IMG/VR virus record: IMGVR_UViG_2910903598_000005
Coordinates: 69,058 to 133,057 of that record
Length of the DNA stretch: 64,000 nt
Strand: one strand, 5' to 3'
Source: a virus
Lineage: Duplodnaviria; Heunggongvirae; Uroviricota; Caudoviricetes
The first letter of the stretch is position 1. Each line of letters opens with the position of its first letter. The notes beneath the pieces were generated by a model that was not told where the DNA came from, searched no databases, and was given only the letters and a program-made list of their open reading frames with translations. Shown here in pieces: positions 1 to 8,699 of this stretch. The position numbers and the translations under genes were made by a program.

Positions 1-35
1 CTTTCTTTCTTCATTTTCTTTTTAAGCATATTGGT

Positions 36-73
36 ATTTTAACATACTTTTTGCACCTTGTCAACGGGTGCAA
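36..73 (-). promoter_or_regulatory. Leftward sigma70-like promoter embedded in palindromic operator TTGCACC-N9-GGTGCAA
   Basis: Minus strand reads TTGACA (rc of 59-64), a 17-nt spacer, then TAAAAT (rc of 36-41). The element is flanked by the inverted repeat TTGCACC (51-57) / GGTGCAA (67-73). It is nearly identical to the operator-promoter at 22794-22831. It transcribes out of the window start. Confidence 0.45.
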
Positions 74-119
74 TGAGGGAAGTTAGTCATATTTTTATCT
101 GGGTAGAATGTAATTTTCT

Positions 120-800
120 TTATACTGGATTCTGTACATTTAGAAGAGCTTTTCGTGGGGGAATTTCCATTCTATTGGTAAATTGGTATTGTTGGTAGTG
201 GAAAGGTATAAAATTGATTTATGATCTCTCAGGTGTATTTTTTCATAGGAAATACCATTGTACTTTTTCACGTACAATATATGCTGGCGCAGATAATGGT
301 CTTTTCAATGTAAAGTGTACCCCCTATGCGGTATGAGTGTGTGATATAGGTCATGTGTGCAATTACTTAGTGTACATTTTCAATGTTTAGATGAGAAATC
401 TGGTACTAATTTCCATTTTATATGTTTTGGCGATAACTTGTTAGGGTACGATAGTAGAATTAAAATTTGCTCTCTCAGAGTACATTTTTTAAGGGTATAA
501 TGAAGAGATATTTTTGTCTTAGATCTAAGATGTGTTGTGGCAGATATCTGATTTGGGAATCTGCTGCATGATGGTAGGTGTTGATTATATGTGATTCTCA
601 ATGTTTAGAAGAGTATATCCGTCAAATATGGATTTTGTGGTATGTTATGGAGAGTTGTTAAGGTAGACAGGTAAAATGGATTTATGATTTGTAGAGTGCG
701 ATTTTTTATAGGGTTGAATGAGAGATAAATTTTTGCATAAAAATAATCCCTGCTTACAAGGCTGAGTGTCTGATTGATAGATTGCTTGTGTTCACTATCT
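120..800. repeat. Three degenerate direct repeats of about 220-230 bp (approx 120-340, 375-600, 598-800)
   Basis: Blocks recur: aatgtttagA(a/t)GAG..., then ggta(t/a)aaa(t)tgatttatgat.t.t.agagtg..tttttt.atAGGg, then atgaagagata. The region has no ORF with a ribosome-binding site. Confidence 0.45.
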
Positions 801-1601
801 GTCACAAATCTGGTTGATAGCTCAAGGGATTCCATCTTATAAAATGTTTTGCCTTGCGAGGGATTGTTTTTATTGATACATGGAATACATTGAATGTTCT
901 TGTTCAATGCCATATATATGATTATATCATGTAAGATATTTTATTGCAATGAGAGATTGTTAGTTGTAAAAAATATGCCCAGAGAAATTTCCCTGAGTAT
1001 AAATTCTAATAATGCATTTGCCGATACATTATCTGGGAGTGTCAACTTGAACCCATTAATATCTTTTGTTGTGTCTGTTTTGGCATAGATGCCGAGGGTT
1101 GCCTAATCTCTCAATGGAAGTATAACATGATCTGCTAAGAAATGGAAGCGTGTAAGTGATATTACCTGCGGTAGCAATGTCGAGAAGGAACGCTGACGCT
1201 TATCCTGTCTCTCCTAAACTGCGCAATAAATTGCTTGTTTACTTGGGATAAGAGAGAAGAGGTAATTGTTGTTTTCTTTAGTGTTTATATGTGGTTTCTT
1301 GTAATTTATATATTTTTGTGCATGTCTTTGTTGAGAACCTTCGATATAGGGTGTCACCAATTTCGTAGGCAAAATGGTTAAAGGTATAGTGATTATAAAG
1401 AAAAAGTGACGATTATTTTGTGCGATTGATTGTGGAGATAAAATCGGTTTCGGGCATGATTGATTGAATTTATACATTTTTCTGGGAGTAATTTTGTGCA
1501 AAGGTTGAGATGTGATTTGTGTAGGGATTTACTGGGATTTGTGAGGGTATTAATTGTCAAAATCGTGCTTCGAGAAGAGCCAAAAATCATGTTTCGATAA
1601 A

Positions 1602-1636
1602 TTGTGTAAAACTGTGTAAAATCTGATGTGAAAAAT
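1602..1636. promoter_or_regulatory. Tandem TGTGTAAAA motif (ttgtgtaaaactgtgtaaaat plus a degenerate third copy), a putative regulator site
   Basis: The same twin motif, ttgtgtaaaaagtgtgtaaaat, recurs at 12565-12586 immediately upstream of the hicA promoter. Confidence 0.3.
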
Positions 1637-2049
1637 ATAAGGAATTACTTAGGTTTTTGAGGGCAAAACTTGCATGAAATGGCGCAAAACAAAAACGTGT
1701 CGTCGAGAGAATTGGGGAAAATAAAGGGGAAAATGGGGCTGATTTTTTGAAAAAGTGCGATTTTTGAAAGAAGGGGTTCTGAGAGCGTTGAAAAAAGAGT
1801 AGTAAAATAAACGATTCGCTCGACGACGCCTCCGAAGACATGTTTTCAATTAGCAGAAAGTGTTTATCTAGGAAAGTGTAGGAAATTGCTTGGGAAAGTG
1901 ATGATTTTGTGACAGTGGGTCGAAAAATTTTAGTTGACACGGTGATTGAACACGTCTGTCTAAAATGACAGTTATTTCCAATTATGTAAATGTAAACCTA
2001 CCCCCGCTTTTTGATCTGGTGGTATAAAAATTACATGGTTAAAATTGTA

Positions 2050-2090
2050 AAAATCTATTTGAAATACTATAATTTTATCAAATAGATTTT
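2050..2090. repeat. Perfect 13-bp inverted repeat AAAATCTATTTGA / TCAAATAGATTTT with a 15-nt spacer
   Basis: Read directly: arms at 2050-2062 and 2078-2090. Confidence 0.6.
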
Positions 2091-2259
2091 GTAAATGATT
2101 GTAAATAATTTATAGACAGATCAGGATCAGGAGTGCAAATAATTTCCAACTATTTCCATATAGTATTCAAAACTACATGATAGTGTATCAGATGCTGTAT
2201 AATGTAATATGGTTTACGACGTGTCGTAGTATTCCAAAATAGGACTACTACTTTGCGAC

Positions 2260-2940
2260 TATTTACACAACAGTTGTTGTTTATCATACACTTGTCTATT
2301 ATCCAACACTTTTACATAATGTGTTGGATAGTCTATCCACGCCATCAATACAAAATAAAACTTCACACCACACCACACTAGCAAAACAATATTTTCTTTA
2401 TCACTCACAACAAACCTATAACTTAACTCTATACCAAACCATCCACCCATAGCTTTTATCTATACCACTTGACAGCACAGCCAAACCATGCTACACTACT
2501 AAGCAAACAAGTGTTCGATGTTTGGCAGACTTCCAGCACTTGCAACAAATACACAAATTAAAATATAAACTAAACAAATTAATATATAGCAATCATACAA
2601 GATCAAGCTATCATACATAAATAAATACATATACAAACATAACACGATAGTATATCTTATACTACCACATTAAACTAGATCCAAACTACTATAACTATAC
2701 AAGTGCATATAATAGCATAACATATAACTATACACCATATACACCTATGACATAATATAGATATAGTACATATACATAATACTATATAAGTACACCTACG
2801 GCATAGACAATCATTATATACCAAACTATATCACATATACTCATATATTATATTAATAATACTGTTATATACGTGTTCCTTCTATATAATACAAATAATC
2901 TTTGCATACTTATATTCTAAAGCATTTAAACGACTGTATA
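2260..2940. other. G-depleted, C+A+T-rich tract of about 650 bp with strong strand skew, rich in ATAC/ACATA repeats. Candidate replication origin, terminal region or non-coding RNA locus.
   Basis: The top strand is almost free of G over several hundred bases (for example ccacaccacactagcaaaacaatattttctttatcactcacaacaaacc). Only short spurious ORFs occur. Confidence 0.4.
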
Positions 2941-2975
2941 AGTGTTTATAGGTGCATACGGCAGAGTAAACAGCA

Positions 2976-3227
2976 TTATTGATCTTTGCTGGTGTTATCT
3001 GTATTATCTTTTTGTTTTGGTATAATGTCTAATACTATCTGACCATCAACAGCATTTACATAGTTTAAAAGGGTATTTATAGTCATACTGTTTTTTCCTT
3101 TTAATGTACGACTTACTCCGCTATCTTTTAAATTTAATGCTTTACAAATATCTACTTGTGTATGCTTAGTATTTTTCATATACATTTTAAATAGTGTTAA
3201 GATATCATCTTGTGTATTAATAATCAT
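2976..3227 (-). CDS. XRE-family helix-turn-helix transcriptional regulator (CI/Cro-like repressor)
   Basis: 83 aa. Classic HTH stretch QVDICKALNLKDSGVSRTLKG. Minus-strand ribosome-binding site AAAGGAAG 9 nt upstream. Divergent from operator-bearing promoters. Confidence 0.7.
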   Translation of the reverse strand: MIINTQDDILTLFKMYMKNTKHTQVDICKALNLKDSGVSRTLKGKNSMTINTLLNYVNAVDGQIVLDIIPKQKDNTDNTSKDQ

Positions 3228-3246
3228 ATATTTTTACTTCCTTTTC

Positions 3247-3277
3247 TATATAATAAGTAGCTAACAAAAATGTTAAG
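3247..3277 (-). promoter_or_regulatory. Promoter of the repressor gene (minus strand: TTAACA, 18 nt, TATATA), overlapped by operator copy O1 ctAACAaaaaTGTTaag
   Basis: The -10 is the rc of 3247-3252 and the -35 is the rc of 3271-3276. The operator at 3261-3277 shares the CTAACA-N4/5-TGTTAA half-sites with O2 and O3. Confidence 0.45.
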
Positions 3278-3284
3278 ATTTTTC

Positions 3285-3313
3285 TTGACTTATCCTAACA
3301 AATATGTTAATAT
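3285..3313 (+). promoter_or_regulatory. Rightward promoter P1 (TTGACT, 17 nt, TAATAT) with operator O2 cCTAACAaataTGTTAAt in its spacer
   Basis: TTGACT at 3285-3290, TAATAT at 3308-3313. The imperfect palindrome CTAACA-N4-TGTTAA lies at 3294-3311. Confidence 0.55.
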
Positions 3314-3402
3314 AATAACTGTGATAAGGATATCACATAAATAAATATTGATTATATCTTAACACAAGATATAAAAGGTTTCAAGATAAAACAAAAAAGT
3401 TC

Positions 3403-3431
3403 TTGACAAAACCTAACAAATATGTTAAGAT
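3403..3431 (+). promoter_or_regulatory. Rightward promoter P2 (TTGACA, 17 nt, TAAGAT) with operator O3 cCTAACAaataTGTTAAg in its spacer
   Basis: TTGACA at 3403-3408, TAAGAT at 3426-3431. The flanking sequence ttcttgac...cctaacaaatatgttaa is a near-exact duplicate of P1. Confidence 0.55.
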
Positions 3432-3439
3432 ATAAACAA

Positions 3440-4239
3440 GTTAAGAGATAAGCCACTAAGGGCAAGGATAACAACCGATACTTGAAACCTTGACTTAACC
3501 GCTAATCAATTAACAAGTAACTTATAATCAGACTTTCAAAGGAGTTGAAAAAAATCTATACAATTTAATACATCACTCATTAAGATATGAGTTACTTAAG
3601 TAAAGAAAAAAGAAGATTGCTACAGTCGTGATGATTGCAACAACCTTCATAAGATATTGATATACCTTTACTTCGCAACTAAAGTATATCAAAAATCATT
3701 CTTTGGTGTCAAGTTTCTTTTGGCACATTTCCCAAACGGCTATACACAATTTCAAAGGCTGGTTACGCAAGAAGTAACCAGGGTTGGTTGCATCACCCTA
3801 AAGAGTGAAGCGAAATACGTGTGAACCCTATGATTAATTAGTTGGATCTAAGCCAAAGTATTAACGGCATTCATAGTTCGTTTGAGAAAATCACGCCACG
3901 TTGAAAAAGTAGACACTTATTAGAAGCAACATAGACTTAACATTGTACGGAATGACTAAGCACATAATAACAAGACTTTATACACCTTGTATGTGCTGAT
4001 TAAATCTTTTTTGAATAAAACATCATAGCCAAAGATTAACAATGAATCAACCAGTTATAAAGCTGGTTAAGATATCATAATTCTTTTATAGGTCGATGAT
4101 GGGGTACAAATTAACGCCTTGCATGGTATGCACTCGAAAGACAAGCCACTGTCCATGACACTGTTATTTGTATCCATTCATGAACTTATAAAAAATCCAG
4201 CCTTGAAAAGCTGGTCGTAGTGATAGGAGGTAAACAACT
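3440..4239 (+). ncRNA. Long leader or candidate non-coding RNA region downstream of P1/P2, carrying three ACCAG/CTGGT stem-loops
   Basis: No ORF of 60 aa or more with a ribosome-binding site. Hairpins: CTGGTTACgcaagaaGTAACCAG (3749-3773), AACCAGttataaagCTGGTT (4049-4070), CCAGCcttgaaaaGCTGG (4196-4215). Confidence 0.25.
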
Positions 4240-4422
4240 ATGAAAAGAATGAAATACTATATTGATTATGTCGATAAAAAAACAAATGTGGAACATTCGA
4301 CTAGTTTTGAAACAAAAATTGAATGTTGGGCTTTTATTCGAAAGAATGAAAAGGATATTCATTTAACTAAAAAACCATATACAAGTGAGTTTCTTGATTG
4401 GTTTTTTAGTGAAGGAATATAG
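4240..4422 (+). CDS. hypothetical protein (60 aa)
   Basis: ATG with ribosome-binding site GGAGGT 8 nt upstream. Confidence 0.5.
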   Translation: MKRMKYYIDYVDKKTNVEHSTSFETKIECWAFIRKNEKDIHLTKKPYTSEFLDWFFSEGI

Positions 4423-4527
4423 CGTAAACCACAAAGGCACGATCTAAAAAGATTGTGTCTTTTTTATTTGTAACTATTTAAAATCCCGCTTTTATGTAGG
4501 GTAACTTAAGAAAGAAGGTATATTATT

Positions 4528-4890
4528 ATGAAAAAACTAACAATCGCAGAAAGAAGAGAAAAAGAACTAGATATATTAATTAGTTATAAAACTAGCAACC
4601 CAACACCAGCGGATTATAAAGAAGCACGTAAAATAATGAATTCTTATTATCGTTTGTGTGGATTAGCCAATAGGAATTTAATGCTTACAAACAATGAAAA
4701 TACTTATAATCGAGTAAGCACTCATAAGAGTGAAGAACGAGAAAGTAAATGGTTTAAACGATTACAAAAAACTTTCAAAGAAATCTATGGACTAGATCTT
4801 TTTTATGTGTCATGGTATCCATTAATTGGTGCAAAAGATACAACAAATGGAGGCATACAAGAATTAGTTCATGCTATTTTCTATAATTAG
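4528..4890 (+). CDS. hypothetical protein (120 aa)
   Basis: Ribosome-binding site AGAAAGAAGG. Gene packing with neighbours. Confidence 0.55.
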   Translation: MKKLTIAERREKELDILISYKTSNPTPADYKEARKIMNSYYRLCGLANRNLMLTNNENTYNRVSTHKSEERESKWFKRLQKTFKEIYGLDLFYVSWYPLIGAKDTTNGGIQELVHAIFYN

Positions 4891-4910
4891 ATTTAGAAAG
4901 AAGGTATATT

Positions 4911-5309
4911 ATGAGTATTACATATAACAAAGAAATCAACAAAAAAATCAGAATCTATTTAACGGAATCAATCAAAGATTGGTTAGAAGCACACGAGTAT
5001 GATAAAAAGGACTGTGAAAACAGTCCTTTTCTTACTTACTGGAATATCATAACAGATGAAATCAACGGCGGTATTTATGATAAATACACCAACTTTGAAA
5101 AGTGGAAACATTTCCACATGGGGTTGCGTGGTTTTGGTGCTGATATTTATTGTCTATACAAAGATGATGAAAGAGTATCAAGTATTATCATGAAAGACTG
5201 GACTGGAAGAGAAGTTGTTGACGTGGAAGAAACGGCAAACTTAATGGATTATCTTTGCTTTAGGGAGTTTAGAAAGCTACTTAAAAAAGAAAGTAATATT
5301 ATTATTTAG
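4911..5309 (+). CDS. hypothetical protein (132 aa)
   Basis: Ribosome-binding site AGAAAGAAGG. Confidence 0.55.
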   Translation: MSITYNKEINKKIRIYLTESIKDWLEAHEYDKKDCENSPFLTYWNIITDEINGGIYDKYTNFEKWKHFHMGLRGFGADIYCLYKDDERVSSIIMKDWTGREVVDVEETANLMDYLCFREFRKLLKKESNIII

Positions 5310-5322
5310 GAGGTTATTAATC

Positions 5323-5538
5323 ATGAAAATAATACATACAAACAACGATAGTTTATTTACAATCAAAGAAACGCCAAACGGGATTTTTGTTAAAGGGTTT
5401 GGTAATGACGATAATGAAATGTGTATACCCGATCATGAAATAGTAATGTTGTTAAATTATTACCATAATTGTAAAGAAGGGTTAGAATCACAAGATTATA
5501 TTAACGATAAACCATATACACTAAACGATATTAAATAA
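5323..5538 (+). CDS. hypothetical protein (71 aa)
   Basis: Ribosome-binding site AGGAGG. Confidence 0.5.
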   Translation: MKIIHTNNDSLFTIKETPNGIFVKGFGNDDNEMCIPDHEIVMLLNYYHNCKEGLESQDYINDKPYTLNDIK

Positions 5539-5554
5539 AAGGAGTGTTTGAACG

Positions 5555-5917
5555 ATGGAACAATACTTATATGCTGATGAATACGACGACAATGAGATTA
5601 AAATTCTAACGGTTGGACAACTGTTGGAATTTTTTAATAAATCGGATGATAAAAAGAACGGTTCAAGTTTGGAAAGTTATATTCAAGATAACATAAGAAT
5701 GGATCTTATTGAACCGTTTTGCCCACATAAAGAAGCAGAAACGGTTGTTTGTGATTTACAGCCTTTAGCAAAACAGTATATCTTACAAGAAGCCGAAAAG
5801 GTTTTCAATGGTATATCGTGGGTTGACACTCAAGAAGAACTTGATAACGTGTATCATGAGAAAATCAAGAACTTATATGATACGGTTGATTTTTCAGAGT
5901 TTGTGGCGTATTTATAG
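5555..5917 (+). CDS. hypothetical acidic protein (120 aa)
   Basis: Ribosome-binding site AAAGGAG. Confidence 0.55.
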   Translation: MEQYLYADEYDDNEIKILTVGQLLEFFNKSDDKKNGSSLESYIQDNIRMDLIEPFCPHKEAETVVCDLQPLAKQYILQEAEKVFNGISWVDTQEELDNVYHEKIKNLYDTVDFSEFVAYL

Positions 5918-6012
5918 ATTGAATATTATAGACAAGTCAAAACACGGCTTGTCTATTTTGTTGAACTTATAAATAGAAAGAAAGTCCCGTAAAGGGCAGA
6001 AAGAAGGAAATT

Positions 6013-6264
6013 ATGACGAAATACAGAGTGATTTTTGGTTATTTCAGCGAACTTGTAACAGTTGACGAACCTACAACGGACTACGGCACAATTTTAGATC
6101 TTGCAATCGATCAACTAGAATCTGATGGAAATATGGGTGTATTTGTTTCAGATGAAGATATAGAACGTGATGGGATCACTGATGATATGTACATTACTGG
6201 TGGAAATCACGGACTCAATTTATATCATGGTGGTAATTTTATGATAGAAAGAGTTGACGAGTAG
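6013..6264 (+). CDS. hypothetical protein (83 aa)
   Basis: Ribosome-binding site AGAAGGAA. Confidence 0.5.
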   Translation: MTKYRVIFGYFSELVTVDEPTTDYGTILDLAIDQLESDGNMGVFVSDEDIERDGITDDMYITGGNHGLNLYHGGNFMIERVDE

Positions 6265-6279
6265 GAGGAGGAAAGAACA

Positions 6280-6471
6280 ATGGAAAAAATACAATTACAT
6301 AAACCACAACCGATAGATATAGCCGTTGCGATTGTAGGAATTGCAACGGCTATTATTGCGTTTATAAAGATCCCGCAAGCCTTTATATTAGAAGCGTTGT
6401 TGGTAATGATTACCGCTGTCTATATGCTTGCTTGCGTTGGATTTTTTGATGATGATACAGATACAGAATAA
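6280..6471 (+). CDS. small membrane protein (63 aa, two predicted transmembrane helices)
   Basis: Ribosome-binding site AGGAGGAGG. Hydrophobic core IDIAVAIVGIATAIIAF...LLVMITAVYMLACVGFF. Confidence 0.5.
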   Translation: MEKIQLHKPQPIDIAVAIVGIATAIIAFIKIPQAFILEALLVMITAVYMLACVGFFDDDTDTE

Positions 6472-6490
6472 GAAAGAAGGTAAAAACACA

Positions 6491-7105
6491 ATGAGAACAA
6501 AACAGAACAAAACAATCAAGATCTTATTAGCCGTAGCACTCATGTTTACAGCTTTTTTAATGCTGGGAAATACAGTACACGCAAAGACAAAAAAGAAACA
6601 CGTCACGTACAGAACTATAAACGGCATTTATAACAGTGACGGTACAATTGATACGGCAGATGGTTATTGCTGGAAAGTTCGCAAGGAATCATATGCCTAT
6701 CCAGGGACAACGCCCGTAACTGTAAAATTCAATACTCATAGAACAAAAGATAAGCTCGATGATAGCATTATAAAGATCGTAGCAAAGAATAGAAATATCC
6801 AGCTTGTAAACGATTATATACGCAGAAATTACGATCTAAACGCCTATAAGGTAAAGTATATCAACACTAGAAAATTAACGGATAAAATGATCCGTGAACG
6901 TGCTGTAAAGCATACTATTTACGTGGAAATTATCAAAAGTGTTTCTGCTGGTGGTAGACATGGAACGTATGGAAAAAACTACTACATTGCCTATAACAAA
7001 CGTGTACGCAAAGGAAAGCACGTAACAAGCTATTGTGTATGGAATCCTTGCAATAGTTACTGCGATGACGTAGAAGCCGTGGCAGATAATGGAAAAATCA
7101 GATAA
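6491..7105 (+). CDS. secreted protein with N-terminal signal peptide and Cys-rich C-terminus (204 aa)
   Basis: Start MRTKQNKTIKILLAVALMFTAFLMLGNTVHA. Ribosome-binding site AGAAGG. The longer ORF in the track begins inside the upstream gene. Confidence 0.55.
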   Translation: MRTKQNKTIKILLAVALMFTAFLMLGNTVHAKTKKKHVTYRTINGIYNSDGTIDTADGYCWKVRKESYAYPGTTPVTVKFNTHRTKDKLDDSIIKIVAKNRNIQLVNDYIRRNYDLNAYKVKYINTRKLTDKMIRERAVKHTIYVEIIKSVSAGGRHGTYGKNYYIAYNKRVRKGKHVTSYCVWNPCNSYCDDVEAVADNGKIR

Positions 7106-7123
7106 GAAGGAAGGTTGGAAATC

Positions 7124-7435
7124 ATGAAAGATTATAGAACGATTATTGATAATGATACACTAGAAATGTTTTGCACGATCTTAGATGATTACTTAGAAGA
7201 TAGTTTTGAAGGCTGTATGTTAGATAACTATTTCTTTGATATTGGAAATAATAACATGAGATGGGGCAGAATCAAGCTAAGAAAGTATGTCATGATCTTA
7301 GAAAAGGGCTTGAATGAATGGTCTAGTGTCAACGAATTGTATATGACAGATAGCTATGAAAAATATAAAGAACTCTATGATGCTTACTATAAGGATCGTG
7401 AAGAGTATGAGAAAGAAGAATTAGAAACGGCATAG
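7124..7435 (+). CDS. hypothetical protein
   Basis: ATG after ribosome-binding site AAGGAAGG. The TTG at 7115 is an alternative start. Confidence 0.5.
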   Translation: MKDYRTIIDNDTLEMFCTILDDYLEDSFEGCMLDNYFFDIGNNNMRWGRIKLRKYVMILEKGLNEWSSVNELYMTDSYEKYKELYDAYYKDREEYEKEELETA

Positions 7436-7452
7436 AATAGGAGTGTTGGAAA

Positions 7453-7791
7453 ATGAAAGAAAGAGAATTAAGAACTGCAAAGAAGTTTGGCATTTTAGAT
7501 AAATGTAAATCGTTGGAAAAAGATCTTTTACAAATTAATAGAGTTGAAGCGATAGAATTTGATCTTAACGGATTTTACAGCGATATATATCAAGTAATTA
7601 TCTTAGCAAGATATGATATTCCAATAACTTTAGAAAACTATTTTGAAACACGAAAAGAAGTTGTGAAAAATATTATCAAGGTTGCTGGGAATTATGGATT
7701 AACAAGAACAGAAGATTCTATAGAGGACTACGGAACGACATTTTATTTTGTGTTTCGTTGTTCTAAAGAATGGAAAAATAAAGAAAACTAA
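7453..7791 (+). CDS. hypothetical protein (112 aa)
   Basis: Ribosome-binding site TAGGAGTG. Confidence 0.5.
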   Translation: MKERELRTAKKFGILDKCKSLEKDLLQINRVEAIEFDLNGFYSDIYQVIILARYDIPITLENYFETRKEVVKNIIKVAGNYGLTRTEDSIEDYGTTFYFVFRCSKEWKNKEN

Positions 7792-7812
7792 GAAAAAAGG
7801 AAGGTACACAAA

Positions 7813-8049
7813 ATGGAAATTTCAAAGAAACAAACTTATGAACAGTATCAGTTACAATGGATGATTGATCACGGTTTTTCATTAAAAGATTTAATGGAAT
7901 CTATGGACAGATATTTTATGAACGATGGAGATTCTATCCAGGAATTGTTTGAGGATTGGGAGTGTAACTGTGGATTTGGCGGTATATTGTATGCTTGTAA
8001 AGATGAAGCAATAGATTGTGGCGAATGTATAGAAGATGAGGAAGAATAG
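7813..8049 (+). CDS. hypothetical acidic Cys-containing protein (78 aa)
   Basis: Ribosome-binding site AAGGAAGG. Confidence 0.5.
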   Translation: MEISKKQTYEQYQLQWMIDHGFSLKDLMESMDRYFMNDGDSIQELFEDWECNCGFGGILYACKDEAIDCGECIEDEEE

Positions 8050-8059
8050 GAGAATAATT

Positions 8060-8332
8060 ATGGAAATTTTAAAGATGACAAGAACAAACATGGTAGTGAT
8101 TCAGACAGTGGAAAAGGAAGAACGTAACACTTTTGACATTGGAAAAATCAGAGTCGCAGCCTTGCCACCGATCGCAAAGAAAGATCTTATCGCAGAACTT
8201 AAAAGCAAGGGCTTCTGCGATGGAATGATCCATACGGTATTACAATGCAAGCTGGAAGATCTAAACGGATATGTGAACGTATGGAAGTATGTAGCGTATA
8301 TCTTAGCCGTAGAACTGATGGAAAGATTATAG
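8060..8332 (+). CDS. hypothetical protein
   Basis: ATG after ribosome-binding site TAGGAGAA. The upstream ATG at 8036 overlaps the preceding gene. Confidence 0.45.
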   Translation: MEILKMTRTNMVVIQTVEKEERNTFDIGKIRVAALPPIAKKDLIAELKSKGFCDGMIHTVLQCKLEDLNGYVNVWKYVAYILAVELMERL

Positions 8333-8347
8333 AAGGGAGCTGGAAAT

Positions 8348-8467
8348 ATGGGAACTTCTTTTAAATTTGTAGATAGTGTAGGCAATATTTATTGGTATAA
8401 ATTTAATTCAGTTGACAAAGCTCGTCATTTTGCATATGTTCATGGTTTATGTTTCTTAGGTAGTTAG
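8348..8467 (+). CDS. small hypothetical protein (39 aa)
   Basis: Ribosome-binding site GAAGGGAG. Below the ORF-track cutoff. Confidence 0.3.
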   Translation: MGTSFKFVDSVGNIYWYKFNSVDKARHFAYVHGLCFLGS

Positions 8468-8494
8468 CAATGGCATAGAAGGAAGGTGGAAATT

Positions 8495-8683
8495 ATGATA
8501 ACAAGAAATACATATCCCGATGGTAGAACGGAAATTTTCTGTACAAATCCAGATGAATACTGGGATCTTAGTATTGAGTACGATCTTGAAGATTGCGGGA
8601 TGAGTGGAAAATATTATGGGTGGGGCTGGAGTCGTGATAACAAACGTAATGTTGATGTTTATTCTAAAAATTTAGAAGAATAG
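8495..8683 (+). CDS. hypothetical protein
   Basis: ATG in the recurring context AAGGTGGAAATTATG. Confidence 0.5.
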   Translation: MITRNTYPDGRTEIFCTNPDEYWDLSIEYDLEDCGMSGKYYGWGWSRDNKRNVDVYSKNLEE

Positions 8684-8699
8684 AAAGTAGGTGGAAAGA

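Noticed and set aside
120-800. CRISPR array
   Set aside because: The repeats are about 220 bp, degenerate and only three copies, with no short uniform repeats and spacers. No CRISPR-like structure anywhere in the window.
380-1940. Minus-strand ORFs of 60-117 aa in the ORF track (380-601, 605-913, 1214-1501, 1393-1590, 1587-1940, 1649-1849) and the + strand ORF 894-1088
   Set aside because: No ribosome-binding sites, low-complexity translations, embedded in repeat and structured DNA. They look like chance ORFs in AT-rich sequence.
2259-2450. Minus-strand ORF 2259-2450
   Set aside because: Lies within the G-depleted tract and has no ribosome-binding site. Compositional artefact.
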